A stretch of DNA of 63,762 bases, counting the filler, from Octopus bimaculoides (lineage: Eukaryota): assembly GCF_001194135.2 (NCBI RefSeq). It is 7 parts of 7 records of this genome, joined end to end, with 100 filler letters (N's around TTAATTAATTAA, not from the genome) between each part and the next. Parts side by side here need not be neighbours in the genome. Positions count along the whole stretch, not along the records: positions 61,414 to 62,639 come from NW_026368325.1; positions 62,740 to 63,762 come from NW_026310884.1; 5 more parts are not named here. One strand, written 5' to 3'. Below are positions 62,639 through 63,762 of the stretch, one piece after another. Position numbers and translations under genes: made by a program. Within the stretch, counting starts at the first letter, position 1, and each line of letters opens with the position of its first letter. The notes below the pieces were generated by a model. The model ran no database searches. It was given only the letters and a program-made list of their open reading frames with translations, and was not told the DNA's origin.

Positions 62639-63762
62639 ANNNNNNNNNNNNNNNNNNNNNNNNNNNNNNNNNNNNNNNNNNNNTTAATTAATTAANNNNN
62701 NNNNNNNNNNNNNNNNNNNNNNNNNNNNNNNNNNNNNNNTCCAGGGCAATTTTAAGGAAAAAAGATATAGATGTAGTCTTCTAGCTGTTTCTGGAATATT
62801 ATGGATATCCCTTCACCAGAGGCGATGTGAGATAGTTAAATAGAGGTTAATATTTGAGTTCGAAATAAGGAATCAGTATGGAAAAGGAGGAAATAGGAAA
62901 TATAGAGGAAAATAAGAGAATGAATGTTGAAATGAAATATAGAATATATAAAGATTTGTAGTTGCAGTTCCATTATTAGAGAAAAGTGGTGTAGAGAAGT
63001 GATAAAAAATATTTCTGTACATGGTATGTAAGTTCCAATAGAAGCTCATGTTTAGTCATTTCAAAGTATGGAGCCATGGATTCTGTGTTGTGCGGTGTGA
63101 ATGAAAATTTTAGAATGTGTTGGTAGTATTCATGTATAGATGGGGAGAGCGAAGAGATGTGTATGATCAGAATGAGGAGATAGGTGAAAATGAAAGCAAA
63201 AGAAAATGAGAGGAATAAAGAGAGAAAAAAAAGAAAAAGAAAAGAGAGAGAAAGAGAGAAAAAGTGAAAAGAGTGAAAAAATGAAGAAAAGGTGGAAGAA
63301 GTGGGAAAAGGAGTTTTAGTTGGTGGTCAAGATAATGTCAGGGGAGGATGGGAGAGAATTGCGGGGGAGAGATAGGAAGAGATGAGAAGGTAAGGGGTGA
63401 TTAAATGTGAGATATGTAATTAGGGGTGATATGATAGAGCTGCATTAAGAGATGGGTAGAGAAAAGACATGAGTGGGGTTTCTAAAGTGAGTAGTAGTTT
63501 TAGAAGTAAACTTTAAATTATTTGGAAGAGTACAAGGATGTCAAATTACTACAAATAGACGTATATGAAAGGATAGTGTGATAGGTAGCAATCAGAGAGG
63601 AGGAAAGATGGCATAATGACATACGTACGCGCGCACACACGTGCATATACATGTGTGCATATGCATACATGCACACACATATATACATATATATATACAT
63701 ATGCATATACATACATATACATATATATACATGTGTATATGTATATATATATATATATATAT

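Noticed and set aside
62820-63480. Possible degraded Penelope RT and purine-rich tail
   Set aside because: Only vague peptide similarity; no diagnostic motif could be read.

Overview
Eukaryotic, AT-rich genomic DNA with about 7 kb of N gaps. It is dense in di-, tri- and tetranucleotide microsatellites and transposon debris. The SINE families and repeat make-up look like an Octopus (coleoid cephalopod) draft assembly; this is an inference from remembered repeat families and was not searched. No host protein-coding gene can be supported, and nearly all of the ORF track is microsatellite or N-gap noise. Recognisable content includes a decayed Ty3/Gypsy pol with PPT and 3' LTR, a small non-autonomous LTR element with a tRNA-Trp primer-binding site, and fragments of RTE, L1/Tx1 and R4/Dong-type LINEs. 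There are also Tc1/mariner remnants, MITEs (piggyBac-like, Merlin-like, foldback), a Helitron-like end, and at least three tRNA-derived SINE families. The most interesting signals are hammerhead-ribozyme motifs in several unrelated short repeats near (TA)n tracts, including one near-intact type I hammerhead at 28473-28517. Several LINE and DNA-transposon copies also show inversion, foldback or scrambling at their breakpoints.
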